DNA of 64,000 nucleotides from Syntrophales bacterium. GTDB lineage: Bacteria; Desulfobacterota; Syntrophia; Syntrophales; PHBD01. The stretch lies in NCBI GenBank assembly GCA_963668175.1, contig OY764159.1, forward strand, positions 4,000,001 to 4,064,000, read 5' to 3'. Each line of letters opens with the position of its first letter. The stretch's first letter is position 1. Both the position numbers and the translations under genes were made by a program. Under the pieces are notes generated by a model. It did no database searches and was not told the DNA's origin. It saw only the letters and a program-made list of their open reading frames with translations. Positions 1 to 10,559 of this stretch are shown here, piece after piece.

Positions 1-607
1 CTTCGGGGCTCTGCTCCAGGTTGAGAATGTTGACTTCGATCTCATCGATATACTCCAGGCCCTCGGTAATAAAGTCCCGCAGGAGGGCTTCGTCCTGGAC
101 ATTGGCCAGTTTTTCAATGGGCTCGTCTTCATCCGCAGATTCCACCGGTTTTTCCTCAGCAACCTCAGCAGCCGGCTTCGCTTCCTCAAGGGAGACGGCT
201 TCCTGCTCGGGTGCGGGTGCGGGTGCGGGTGCGGCCGCAACCGGAACTCTCTGGGCACCGATGAGGTTGGCGATGGTGTTGCGATAATCGGTCATGTCCC
301 CCTTGAACTGAGACATATTCTTGTAATCATCTATGATCTTCTGCATAACGGAGACGCCTTTTTCGAAGGCGACAAATCCTTCTTCCCTGCTGGGAAGTGT
401 GTCGAGAATGACTTTTTCCAGAAGACTGGTCAATCCCGCGGAAACCTCCTTAATTTCCGTGATTCCCGAGGACTCCGCTTCTTTCACCAAACCTTCCAAG
501 AGATTGAGAAATTTACCAGCGGAAGGAACATCGATGTCCCTCTCATCCAGGAATAAGAATTCCGATGCCAGGCTTTCCACTAAACTGCCGATCGTCTCGT
601 ATTTCAT
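1..607 (-). CDS. cheA: Chemotaxis histidine kinase CheA, N-terminal part (runs off window edge)
   Basis: Manual translation from ATG at 607: MKYETIGSLVESLASEFL...APAPAPAP...DEALLRDFITEGLEYIDEIEVNILNLEQSPE. The last segment matches the start of a CheA Hpt domain. Directly follows cheB. Confidence 0.8.
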   Translation of the reverse strand, partial: MKYETIGSLVESLASEFLFLDERDIDVPSAGKFLNLLEGLVKEAESSGITEIKEVSAGLTSLLEKVILDTLPSREEGFVAFEKGVSVMQKIIDDYKNMSQFKGDMTDYRNTIANLIGAQRVPVAAAPAPAPAPEQEAVSLEEAKPAAEVAEEKPVESADEDEPIEKLANVQDEALLRDFITEGLEYIDEIEVNILNLEQSPE

Positions 608-610
608 TTT

Positions 611-2162
<1,552 letters not shown>

Positions 2163-2680
2163 CCACTCCTATGACTTCATGAAGAATTCTTTTTACATCC
2201 TCCGGCAGGAAGGGTTTCTTGATGAATCCTCTGGCTCCGCAATTGAACGCCTCTTCCATACGCTCGCTGCTACCTTCGGTAGTTATGACAATGAAAGGAA
2301 TGTCTCTATAAAGTTCGTCCTGTTTTAGTCTGTTCAGCAGTTCGAGCCCATTCATTTCCGGCATATTAATGTCCGAGAGGATGATATCGACCCATGATTT
2401 TGACAATACTTCAAGGGCTTCCACGCCATTTCCGGCCTCATAACAGTTATCCATTTTAAAACCTGAAATGGATATGATCTTTTTGATCACGGCACGCATG
2501 GAATTCGAATCGTCTACAATGAGCACATTAAACGACATAATATCTCCTTCTCATTGATCGCTGGGTTCTGTCATTCATTGACGACAAGCCCCAGAAAAGG
2601 CGGGACGTGGGAATCCCCCCCTCGCTCCGCACGGGAACAATGTTACCGGTCGTTGTTCCGTTCTCCTCCGCCTTCCGCTT

Positions 2681-3556
2681 TTATTCGGGCACAATATCTA
2701 TCAACTCCTGCGCGTGCTTCAAATCCTCATGCAACAGGACCATGCTCATTTCCAGATCTTTCAGGTGCAGATCGAACTTCTTGATGACGCCGCTGAGTCC
2801 TTTGTGAGCGAGTCCATCAGCCCCTCCGTCTATTCCCATCATCAGGCATGCCTGGTCCGCGAGATATACCAGCCATGATATGACATTCTCCTGACCGCCG
2901 CCCTCTCCATCCTGTTCCTGGAGAAGATCGGGGCGATGGTGATAGGCAATGGCGTCCCGAAGCTCCTTGGCAAAGTGCCAGTGATCTGCTATCCGGCCGC
3001 CCACTTCGGCGTGATTGATTCCGATGATTTCCTCTTCCGCTTCAAGGAACGAGTAATTCTTCATGGCGACAAGATCAATAATCTTCTTCAGGGATTCATA
3101 GACAAATTCCCCCAGGATGATCTTGCCGACATCATGGAGAAGGGCCGCCGTATAAAGCACCGGATCGTCTTTTTGAAAGATTTTTCTCGATAATATCTGC
3201 GACATGAGAGCCACGGACACGCAATGTTTCCATAATTCCTGCGGCTTTAAAAAATAACCTTTGGCCGGCTTTTTGTAAAAGCGGGAAATGCCTGCCGTCT
3301 GAATGACGCGAATCAGGTTTTCCTGGCCCAGATAAATGATGGCGTCCTGAACGGTCTTGATTTTCTGATGGGATCCGAAATAAGCCGAGTTGCTCATTTT
3401 TAATATATTGGCCGTAATCGAAGGATCGAACTTGATCACGTTGGCCATGTCCATAACGGAATAGTCGCCGCTGCGGACCAATTGGAGCGCCTTAAAAACG
3501 GTCTCCGGAAAGGCGGGGATTGTTTTTATTGACTGAAGAACCTTGTCGATCATCAT
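2681..3556 (-). CDS. HDOD domain protein
   Basis: IPAFP, DPSITANILKMSNSAYF, ALLHDVGK, NHAEVG, IAYHH motifs. Confidence 0.92.
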   Translation of the reverse strand: MMIDKVLQSIKTIPAFPETVFKALQLVRSGDYSVMDMANVIKFDPSITANILKMSNSAYFGSHQKIKTVQDAIIYLGQENLIRVIQTAGISRFYKKPAKGYFLKPQELWKHCVSVALMSQILSRKIFQKDDPVLYTAALLHDVGKIILGEFVYESLKKIIDLVAMKNYSFLEAEEEIIGINHAEVGGRIADHWHFAKELRDAIAYHHRPDLLQEQDGEGGGQENVISWLVYLADQACLMMGIDGGADGLAHKGLSGVIKKFDLHLKDLEMSMVLLHEDLKHAQELIDIVPE

Positions 3557-4035
3557 AACTCCTCCATCTGACCATTCGCACTCTTGACCAAGAATTTACC
3601 GCCAGCGATTTCCAATCGTACAGTCCGGTTATGATTCTTTCCGACATCCTCTTTTTCGATCAAAACGTTATTCTTCCAGAATATTTTTCTCAGCGCCGTG
3701 ATATTCTTCTGTCCGATCCGGAAGTAGTTCGTATCGTCCAGAATGCTTGCTCCCCCGGCAACCTTGACGATCATTCTTTTTTTATCCGCTCCCAGGGCGT
3801 AACACGACTTGAACAAGAGAGGAATTCCGGTATCGGCGAACATATAGGGATTCTCCTTTGCCTTGCCCGCATCCAATGTCGAGTCGGGAAGCATATAGTG
3901 CAAAAGTCCCCCAACCCGAACCACCGGATCATAGACGGACAATCCGATACAGGAGCCGAGGGCATAGGTTACAAGAACATCACCTACTTTATTGCTCACC
4001 TTCATATCAGAAATACCGACGACAATATCAGCCAT
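3553..4035 (-). CDS. cheD: Chemoreceptor glutamine deamidase CheD
   Basis: TYALGSCIG, GGLLHYMLP, KVAGGA, IGQKN motifs. Confidence 0.95.
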   Translation of the reverse strand: MADIVVGISDMKVSNKVGDVLVTYALGSCIGLSVYDPVVRVGGLLHYMLPDSTLDAGKAKENPYMFADTGIPLLFKSCYALGADKKRMIVKVAGGASILDDTNYFRIGQKNITALRKIFWKNNVLIEKEDVGKNHNRTVRLEIAGGKFLVKSANGQMEEL

Positions 4036-4041
4036 AACGGA

Positions 4042-4860
4042 TCACTTTCGATAGACACTGGGCTCGACGTACTTAAAGGAGTGGTTCAGTCCCGTCAGAC
4101 TTTCTGAGTGCCCAACAAAGAAATATCCTCCTTTTTTAAGGCAATTGTAAAATCGATTAACCAGACCGCTCTGCGTTTCCTTGTCGAAATAGATCATGAC
4201 GTTCCGGCAGAAGATGATATCGAAGACAAAATCGGATGGAGGTGTCTCCATCAGATTGAATCTCATAAACTTGATCATGTCCTTCAGCTCTTTCCTGGCA
4301 CGGTAGTAACCTTCCCAGCGTTCGGACCCGTATTGAAAGTACTTCTTGATCAGTGCAGTAGGGACATTCTTAAATCTGTCTTTCGAGTAGATGCCGCTCA
4401 TGGCGGTCTTTAACACCCTTGTTGAGATATCCGTGGCCAGGAGCTGGACCTCCGAGCGCCTGGGTGCCGCCAGTTCTCTTGCTGTCATGGCCAAAGAATA
4501 AGGTTCTTCTCCCGTCGAGCAACCTGCACTCCAGATTCTGACCTTCTCTCCGGCACCCGCCGCTTCCATCATCAGTGGAAGAACATCCCTAAGTTTGCGG
4601 AAATGACTCTCTTCACGGAAGAAAAATGTGAGGTTTGTAGAGATGGAATCGATCATTACGATCAATTCGTCGGTACCTTCTCTGGTCGTGACATGTTTAT
4701 AATAATCGGCGAAAGATTTGAAACTTCCTTCACGCAACCGCTTTCCCAGGCGTGCCTTAACAAGCTCTCTCTTCTCTTCCCGAAGATTGATGCCACATTG
4801 TTCATAGACCAGACGTCGTATCTTGTCAAAATCGACGTCCCTCAATTCATAAGTAATCAT
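4042..4860 (-). CDS. cheR: Chemotaxis methyltransferase CheR
   Basis: TFFFRE, WSAGCSTGEEPYS, IFCRNVMIYF, GHSESL motifs. Confidence 0.97.
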   Translation of the reverse strand: MITYELRDVDFDKIRRLVYEQCGINLREEKRELVKARLGKRLREGSFKSFADYYKHVTTREGTDELIVMIDSISTNLTFFFREESHFRKLRDVLPLMMEAAGAGEKVRIWSAGCSTGEEPYSLAMTARELAAPRRSEVQLLATDISTRVLKTAMSGIYSKDRFKNVPTALIKKYFQYGSERWEGYYRARKELKDMIKFMRFNLMETPPSDFVFDIIFCRNVMIYFDKETQSGLVNRFYNCLKKGGYFFVGHSESLTGLNHSFKYVEPSVYRK

Positions 4861-4973
4861 ATACCCATATTAATCAGAGAAGTTATAACCTCGAACCGAT
4901 CGACGCCGATTGAATGCATCAATCGTAATTTACAAGCATCATGGGAAGACCCCGCCACGTCGAACAATTTGCA

Positions 4974-4989
4974 TGCAAAGATAATGCCT
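4974..4989 (-). promoter_or_regulatory. Putative sigma54 (-24/-12) promoter of the che operon
   Basis: Minus strand AGGCATTATCTTTGCA has exact GG-N10-GC spacing with TTGC, about 115 nt upstream of cheR and next to a divergent enhancer-binding protein. Confidence 0.65.
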
Positions 4990-5309
4990 TCTAAATCAAC
5001 TATGCATATATATCGACAAGTGCTGAGAGTTTATTATCATTTTGTTTTTTTTGCAATAGAATATTGAGAGAAATCCGCATCCAGCAATGATTTCCGGCAA
5101 TGCCTGATATCGTATATGCGACGGCAGTCGTATACCTGTCATCGTCGGCCGCAGCCGGACAGACTTTTATAAAATTGTGATATCCGCACATTTTCTAGCA
5201 TTTTTTTTGCAATGATTTTGTCATTGTATGTTGTTTTTTTATTTCATTTGCCGTAATATGGCGCCACTTTACGAATGGGCACCGGCGCAGAGAACACTAT
5301 GATGCTCGC

Positions 5310-6728
5310 ATGGGCCGGCTATTATCATACATGAAAAGTGCGAATATATTGTTTGCCGGAAGTTCTGAGCCTGAGAGAGGCGTGCTCGTGGATTGGCTGA
5401 ACAACTACGGCCATAAAACCAGAGTTGCCGACAACGGTCACGAAGCCCTGAAGCTGTTCTCTTCCGGAAAGTATGAACTCGTCATTATCGATCTATCCCT
5501 TTCCAAAAAGAACGGTCTGCATCTCCTGACCTCCATCAAGGAAAAGAACCCGGAAACCCCCGTCATGATCATCAACGGTCAAGTCTGTTTCGACACGGCC
5601 GTCGAATCCATGAGATTGGGAGCATCCGATTACATCACGGAGCCCCAGGACAAAACAATGCTCAAAGGAGCCCTGGAGCGCATCCTTTCCTGCCCCAATT
5701 CGAAAGGAGAGCCTGACGCCACGCTAGAAAACGTGAAAGGAAAGGCCGACTTCGGCAAATTGATCGGATACAGCGATGCCATGAAGAGGGTTTTCGAGAT
5801 CATCGAAAAAGTCTCCAATTCGGACAGCACGGTAGTCATCTATGGGGAAAGCGGAACGGGAAAAGAATTGGTCGCCCGGGCCATTCATTACAACAGCGAC
5901 CGGAGGCAATCGCCTCTTATTCCCGTTAACTGCGGGGCCATACCGGAAGAGCTCCTCGAAAGCGAACTTTTCGGTCATGAAAAAGGCGCATTCACGGGGG
6001 CGATCCGGAATCGGATGGGCAGATTCGAACTGGCCCAGGAAGGAACCATCTTCCTCGATGAAATTGCCGACATGAGCCCGTCCTTGCAGGTAAAACTGCT
6101 GCGAGTCATTCAGGAAAGGCAGTTCGAGAGAATCGGCGGCGTAAAGACCATCGAGGCCAATGTCAGGATCATTGCCGCAACCAATCAGGACCTTGAGCAG
6201 GCCGTTACTGAGAAGAAATTCCGCGAGGACCTTTTCTACCGCATCAATGTTATCCCGATCCACATCCCGCCCCTGCGGGCAAGAGGTACGGATATCCTGA
6301 TCCTGTCCGATTACTTTTTGAAGAAATTCAATGAATCCAAGCGAAAAAACGTGACAGGGCTGTCCCCCGGTGTGATTGACATATTCCGAAGCTACTCCTG
6401 GCCGGGCAACGTGAGGGAGTTGGAGAATATCATCGAAATGCTGGTCGTCATGATAGAAGAAGGGGAAATTTCAGTCGAAGATTTGCCGAACAGACTCCGG
6501 CAGGTTGAAACCAACGGAGAGACCATTTCAAGCAGCGTCGATGTGCCCGATGGCGGCCTCAATTTCAACGACATGGTGGAACGATTTGAAAAAAACCTCC
6601 TTCTTACAGCCTTGAAAAAAACAGGCGGCGTCAAGAACAGAGCAGCAAAGCTGCTCAACCTCAATCGCACGACTCTTGTCGAGAAATTAAAAAGGTACGG
6701 CCTGGCCGACAAGGACGGCCGCGACTAG
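5310..6728 (+). CDS. Sigma54-dependent transcriptional regulator (atypical REC, AAA+, Fis HTH)
   Basis: GESGTGKE, ESELFGHEKGAFTGA, LFYRINV, WPGNVRELEN motifs and a C-terminal HTH (AAKLLNLNRTTL). Confidence 0.95.
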   Translation: MGRLLSYMKSANILFAGSSEPERGVLVDWLNNYGHKTRVADNGHEALKLFSSGKYELVIIDLSLSKKNGLHLLTSIKEKNPETPVMIINGQVCFDTAVESMRLGASDYITEPQDKTMLKGALERILSCPNSKGEPDATLENVKGKADFGKLIGYSDAMKRVFEIIEKVSNSDSTVVIYGESGTGKELVARAIHYNSDRRQSPLIPVNCGAIPEELLESELFGHEKGAFTGAIRNRMGRFELAQEGTIFLDEIADMSPSLQVKLLRVIQERQFERIGGVKTIEANVRIIAATNQDLEQAVTEKKFREDLFYRINVIPIHIPPLRARGTDILILSDYFLKKFNESKRKNVTGLSPGVIDIFRSYSWPGNVRELENIIEMLVVMIEEGEISVEDLPNRLRQVETNGETISSSVDVPDGGLNFNDMVERFEKNLLLTALKKTGGVKNRAAKLLNLNRTTLVEKLKRYGLADKDGRD

Positions 6729-6993
6729 CGAAGCCCTCCGCAAGCGATGCAAGGCACACTCCCGGCAACCGCCGCACCTCAGCCCCCTGTTGTCTGTCCG
6801 GAAATAATCGATACCGTTCAGGAAAGACGGACAACTCTCAAGATATTCTTAGAAATCGAACGTTTGAAACTGTCCGAAAAAACGGACATGTCCGGCTGAT
6901 ATTCCGGCACAACCGGTCGGCATAATGCCTCTCCGGAAATCGCTGATATCGTCGAATGGTCCGGATTCCGCACAAACATCCGGGAGGAAGCCG

Positions 6994-7719
6994 TCACGGT
7001 TTCCCACTCATTTGCCCTGACGGAACCAGGACTTTCGTAATATAGAGATAGAGTTCGCGCGCATCCTTATCGGAAAGCTGAGCAGTCGAAAACACCGGCA
7101 TGGGCTTTTTGGGGTTGCGGAGAACGGAGATAAAAGCCTGGGGGTCATTCAGCGCCGCTGCCCCCCGGATAGGTTTATCGGGATCGACGATGTTGCCGGC
7201 GCCGGGATGGCAACTCGAACAACGGGCGGTGAAAATCTTTTCTCCTGCCTGGTACGACACCGGCACATCATGGGATTCGCCTCCGTAAACGAGGCGGGCG
7301 CCGAACCAGCCGAGCAAAGTGGCCGTGATAACCGCCAGGGTGACGCTTGCCAATACCAGGCCCTTCGGGGCCTTATCTCCCCGACGTCCGAAAAAGACGG
7401 CCGTCGCCAAGAGGATAAAAAGGATACAGGCTAGGATAAGTTTGAACTTGATGGGGTTGAGCCAGGAACCGTTGTAGAAGTGCTGCCAATCCGCCAAACC
7501 GAAAAGCACCGCCGGAAACCAGAAGATCAAGGCAAGGATGGCGCAATGGTGCGCCGAAACGGCCAAGTTTCTTCTTCCGAGAAGGGTCGACACCCAGCCG
7601 AAGAGAAAGGCGCCCACGGCTAGTCCGATCGGCATATGGACCAGGGCTGCATGGACGGGATCGGTAAAACCGATACGATTAAGAGACTGGTAGAAGGCGC
7701 TGATCCATGATTCTAGCAT
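6994..7719 (-). CDS. Membrane protein (DUF2231-like, about 4 TM helices) fused to a C-terminal monoheme c-type cytochrome
   Basis: HAALVHMPIG motif and hydrophobic helices, then GEKIFTARCSSCH (CxxCH) and a distal PMP Met. Confidence 0.75.
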   Translation of the reverse strand: MLESWISAFYQSLNRIGFTDPVHAALVHMPIGLAVGAFLFGWVSTLLGRRNLAVSAHHCAILALIFWFPAVLFGLADWQHFYNGSWLNPIKFKLILACILFILLATAVFFGRRGDKAPKGLVLASVTLAVITATLLGWFGARLVYGGESHDVPVSYQAGEKIFTARCSSCHPGAGNIVDPDKPIRGAAALNDPQAFISVLRNPKKPMPVFSTAQLSDKDARELYLYITKVLVPSGQMSGKP

Positions 7720-8200
7720 TTCGTTTCCCCTCCTCCGCTTATATGAGCAGGTCGTGTATTCGCTGCGGATATTAAAATCGATGACGAGGCAACTGCGGAC
7801 ATCAATGCCATTTTCGAATGTGAAACCTTGGCAAGAACCGCTTAAACAAATATATTATATAAAAATAACACGCTCGGAACAATGAGTAAAAAATGCATGC
7901 ATGGCGGTGGGCAAACCCTATCAAGACGACAGAAGATGCACTTCCAGGATAAAACCTTATTATCGGATTTTCAGCGATATAGGTAGCGAAAAACGCTCAG
8001 AATCGTCATGATCCCAGCGCTGAAAGCAAGGACAATTCTCATCATCAAAAAAACCGTGACCCTATACGTCGTAATCGGTATCTCCAGCTGCGCTGCAAAA
8101 TATGAGTAGTGCCCGCATCGACTTTGGAACTGTCATCGATTTTTCAAGACCATAGAAAGTCTTTTCATATAACCCTTCACGGATATCTCTCACAATGAAA

Positions 8201-8235
8201 AACAGGGGATTGCCTAAATCAGCAATCCCCTTGTT
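8201..8235 (-). terminator. Intrinsic terminator downstream of tRNA-Pro
   Basis: Inverted repeat AACAGGGGATTGC / GCAATCCCCTTGTT, followed by a T-tract on the minus strand. Confidence 0.7.
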
Positions 8236-8240
8236 ATGAC

Positions 8241-8317
8241 TGGTCGGGGCGGCAGGATTTGAACCTGCGACATCTTGCTCCCAAAGCAAGCGCGCTACCA
8301 AGCTGCGCTACGCCCCG
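8241..8317 (-). tRNA. tRNA-Pro (TGG)
   Basis: CGGGGCGTAGCGCAGCTTGGTAGCGCGCTTGCTTTGGGAGCAAGATGTCGCAGGTTCAAATCCTGCCGCCCCGACCA: 77 nt cloverleaf, TGG anticodon, GTTCAA T-loop, encoded CCA. Confidence 0.97.
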
Positions 8318-8363
8318 TTATAGGAAAACTCCGCCGTGTATTTATGACGGTTTTGTTATCAGG

Positions 8364-8996
8364 TTAAATGATGTCCCCCCGAACCGCGGTGTTGTCAAAA
8401 AACGGCTTCTTATGCCGCAGGTAAAGGGCGAACTGATCGAATGCACGGGCACGATGGCTCACGGCATTCTTCTCCTCCGCGGACATCTGCGCCACGGTCA
8501 TCTCGCGGTCGGGGAGAAAAAAGACCGGGTCGTAGCCGAATCCGTTGTTGCCGATCGCCCGCTCATGGATAAGACCGCGCCAGCGGCCTTCGAAGAATTC
8601 GTACCGGCCGTCGGGCATATAGAGCACCAGGACGCATACGAACGATGCCCCGCGCTTTTCCCGGGACACGTTCTCCATCTCCCGGAGAAGTTTTTGGATA
8701 TTGTCCTCGTCGGTCGCCTTCTCTCCCGCATACCTTGACGAATAGACGCCGGGACGGCCATCCAGATAATCGACCATGAGCCCTGAATCATCCGCCAGAA
8801 CCGGCTCTCCGGTGAATTCGGCAAACGTCTTCGCCTTCTTCAGTCCATTTTCCAGGAAGGTTCTTCCATCTTCAACGACATCGGGGGCATCGGCATACTC
8901 CTCCAGGGAGGCAAACGTCACCGGATAATCCTTCAACAGATCACGGATCTCCCTTATCTTTCCCTTGTTCTTCGATGCAAAGACGATCCTGTTCAG
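8364..8996 (-). CDS. rdgB: Non-canonical purine NTP pyrophosphatase (RdgB/HAM1)
   Basis: [25 protein letters not shown] motifs. The conserved N-terminus ([14 protein letters not shown]) lies upstream of the ORF-track start, which implies a CTG start at 8996. Confidence 0.92.
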   Translation of the reverse strand: MNRIVFASKNKGKIREIRDLLKDYPVTFASLEEYADAPDVVEDGRTFLENGLKKAKTFAEFTGEPVLADDSGLMVDYLDGRPGVYSSRYAGEKATDEDNIQKLLREMENVSREKRGASFVCVLVLYMPDGRYEFFEGRWRGLIHERAIGNNGFGYDPVFFLPDREMTVAQMSAEEKNAVSHRARAFDQFALYLRHKKPFFDNTAVRGDII

Positions 8997-9715
8997 ATGA
9001 TGCCTCCGACAATCTCCTTCTGCTTTCCGGTAATCTCGCGAATTCCCTTGAAGGCCGTATCAGTCATACGGTCCAAAAGCTGCCGGCTGAACGGTTTCTC
9101 CTCGGCCGTTCCCTGGACTTCCACGAAGAGGCCGCCGCCCGTCATGACAAAATTCATGTCGACTTCCGCCCGGGAGTCTTCCTCGTATTCGAGATCGAGC
9201 AGGACCTCGCCCCCGACGACGCCGACACTGACCGCCGATATATAATCGTGAATGGGAATATTCCTGACAATCTCTTTGTCTTTGAGTCTCTGAAACAGTC
9301 CCACCAGGGCGACAAAACCGCCTGTGATGGACGCGGTCCGCGTACCGCCATCGGCCTGGATGACATCGCAATCGATATAAATCGTTCTCTCGCCGAAGGC
9401 GGAAAGGTCGGTCACCGCCCGGAGAGATCGACCGATGAGCCTCTGTATCTCGTGAGTCCTTCCGCCCACTCTTCCCCGGGACGACTCTCTGGGCGTCCGT
9501 GTATGGGTCGACATGGGCAGCATGGCGTATTCGGCCGTCAGCCAGCCCCGTCCTGTGTTCTTGAGGAAGGGAGGCGCATTTTCTTCGATTGCGGCCGTAC
9601 AGATAACCTTGGTCCTTCCCATTTCAATCAGGACGGAACCTTCGGGATGAAAGAGATAGTCTTTGACGATCTTGATCTCTCTCAATTCATCCGGCTTTCG
9701 GCCGCTGATTCTCAC
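8993..9715 (-). CDS. rph: Ribonuclease PH
   Basis: [47 protein letters not shown] motifs; adjacent to rdgB. Confidence 0.97.
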   Translation of the reverse strand: MRISGRKPDELREIKIVKDYLFHPEGSVLIEMGRTKVICTAAIEENAPPFLKNTGRGWLTAEYAMLPMSTHTRTPRESSRGRVGGRTHEIQRLIGRSLRAVTDLSAFGERTIYIDCDVIQADGGTRTASITGGFVALVGLFQRLKDKEIVRNIPIHDYISAVSVGVVGGEVLLDLEYEEDSRAEVDMNFVMTGGGLFVEVQGTAEEKPFSRQLLDRMTDTAFKGIREITGKQKEIVGGII

Positions 9716-9769
9716 GATTTTCCGCTCCTTTCAGACTGTTTTCTGTTCCGCTCGGACACGGTCACGCTT

Positions 9770-10474
9770 CTACTGGGCTTCACGGATTCCCTTGCACAAA
9801 GCCTTGGCAAGAGCCTGCTTGGTCGTTTCATTGAGCAGAAGGTCCCGGTCGTTGTCGTTCGTAGCAAATCCCATCTCCACAACGACCGCCGGGATCGTCA
9901 AGCCTTCCAGCAATGGGACGGGGGCATCGCGAAGGCCTCTGTCCTTGTGGGGAAAGATGACGGCCAGGTTCTTCCCGATCATTTGCGCAAGCCTGACGCT
10001 GTCGTTTAAATACTTGTTCTTCACCATATCTTTCAGGATGGCTTTAGAATCGTTCTGCCCCCCCGGAAGGGATTTGAACCCCGGGAAATAGACTTCGTAC
10101 CCTGACGACTTCTTGTCGAAACCCGCGTTCACATGGAGGCTGATCACGATGTCCGCCTTGGCGGTCCGGATTAATTTCAGCCGGTCCTCGACGGTCATCG
10201 TCGTATCCGCCGATCGGGTCAGGCGGATCTGAAATTGTCCCGATTGAGCCAGGTCTTTTTCCATCAACTGGGCAATCCGCAGCGTCAGGTCTTTCTCCTT
10301 GACACCACCGGACAGACTGACCCCGCTATCGGAACCTCCGTGGGCGGCGTCGATGATGACGACCTTTCTCTCCTGCGCCGCCTTGGCGTAAAAACAGGGA
10401 ATAGCAAGACCGACCGCGACGAAAGCGCACAGGCCTATTCCCGCAAGTTTCAGCAACCGTCCCATCCGTTTCAT
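9770..10474 (-). CDS. N-acetylmuramoyl-L-alanine amidase (Amidase_3), exported
   Basis: Signal/TM segment, then IDAAHGG, KEK, SLHVNA, VEMGF motifs. Start taken at ATG 10474 after GGAGG. Confidence 0.88.
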   Translation of the reverse strand: MKRMGRLLKLAGIGLCAFVAVGLAIPCFYAKAAQERKVVIIDAAHGGSDSGVSLSGGVKEKDLTLRIAQLMEKDLAQSGQFQIRLTRSADTTMTVEDRLKLIRTAKADIVISLHVNAGFDKKSSGYEVYFPGFKSLPGGQNDSKAILKDMVKNKYLNDSVRLAQMIGKNLAVIFPHKDRGLRDAPVPLLEGLTIPAVVVEMGFATNDNDRDLLLNETTKQALAKALCKGIREAQ

Positions 10475-10559
10475 CCATCCTCCGCTTACGTTCTTATTCA
10501 GGCGGAGTTTCATACAGCAAAGGGCAATATCCTGTCAAATCGAATATGACAACGGTATT

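Noticed and set aside
7905..7940. GGCAAACC as part of a c-di-GMP riboswitch
   Set aside because: The rest of the motif is absent and it is on the opposite strand to the adjacent gene.
8062..8301. 79-aa ORF
   Set aside because: It overlaps the tRNA and its terminator, so it is probably spurious.
6730..8317. Possible island integrated at tRNA-Pro
   Set aside because: I saw no integrase and no duplicated tRNA 3' end.
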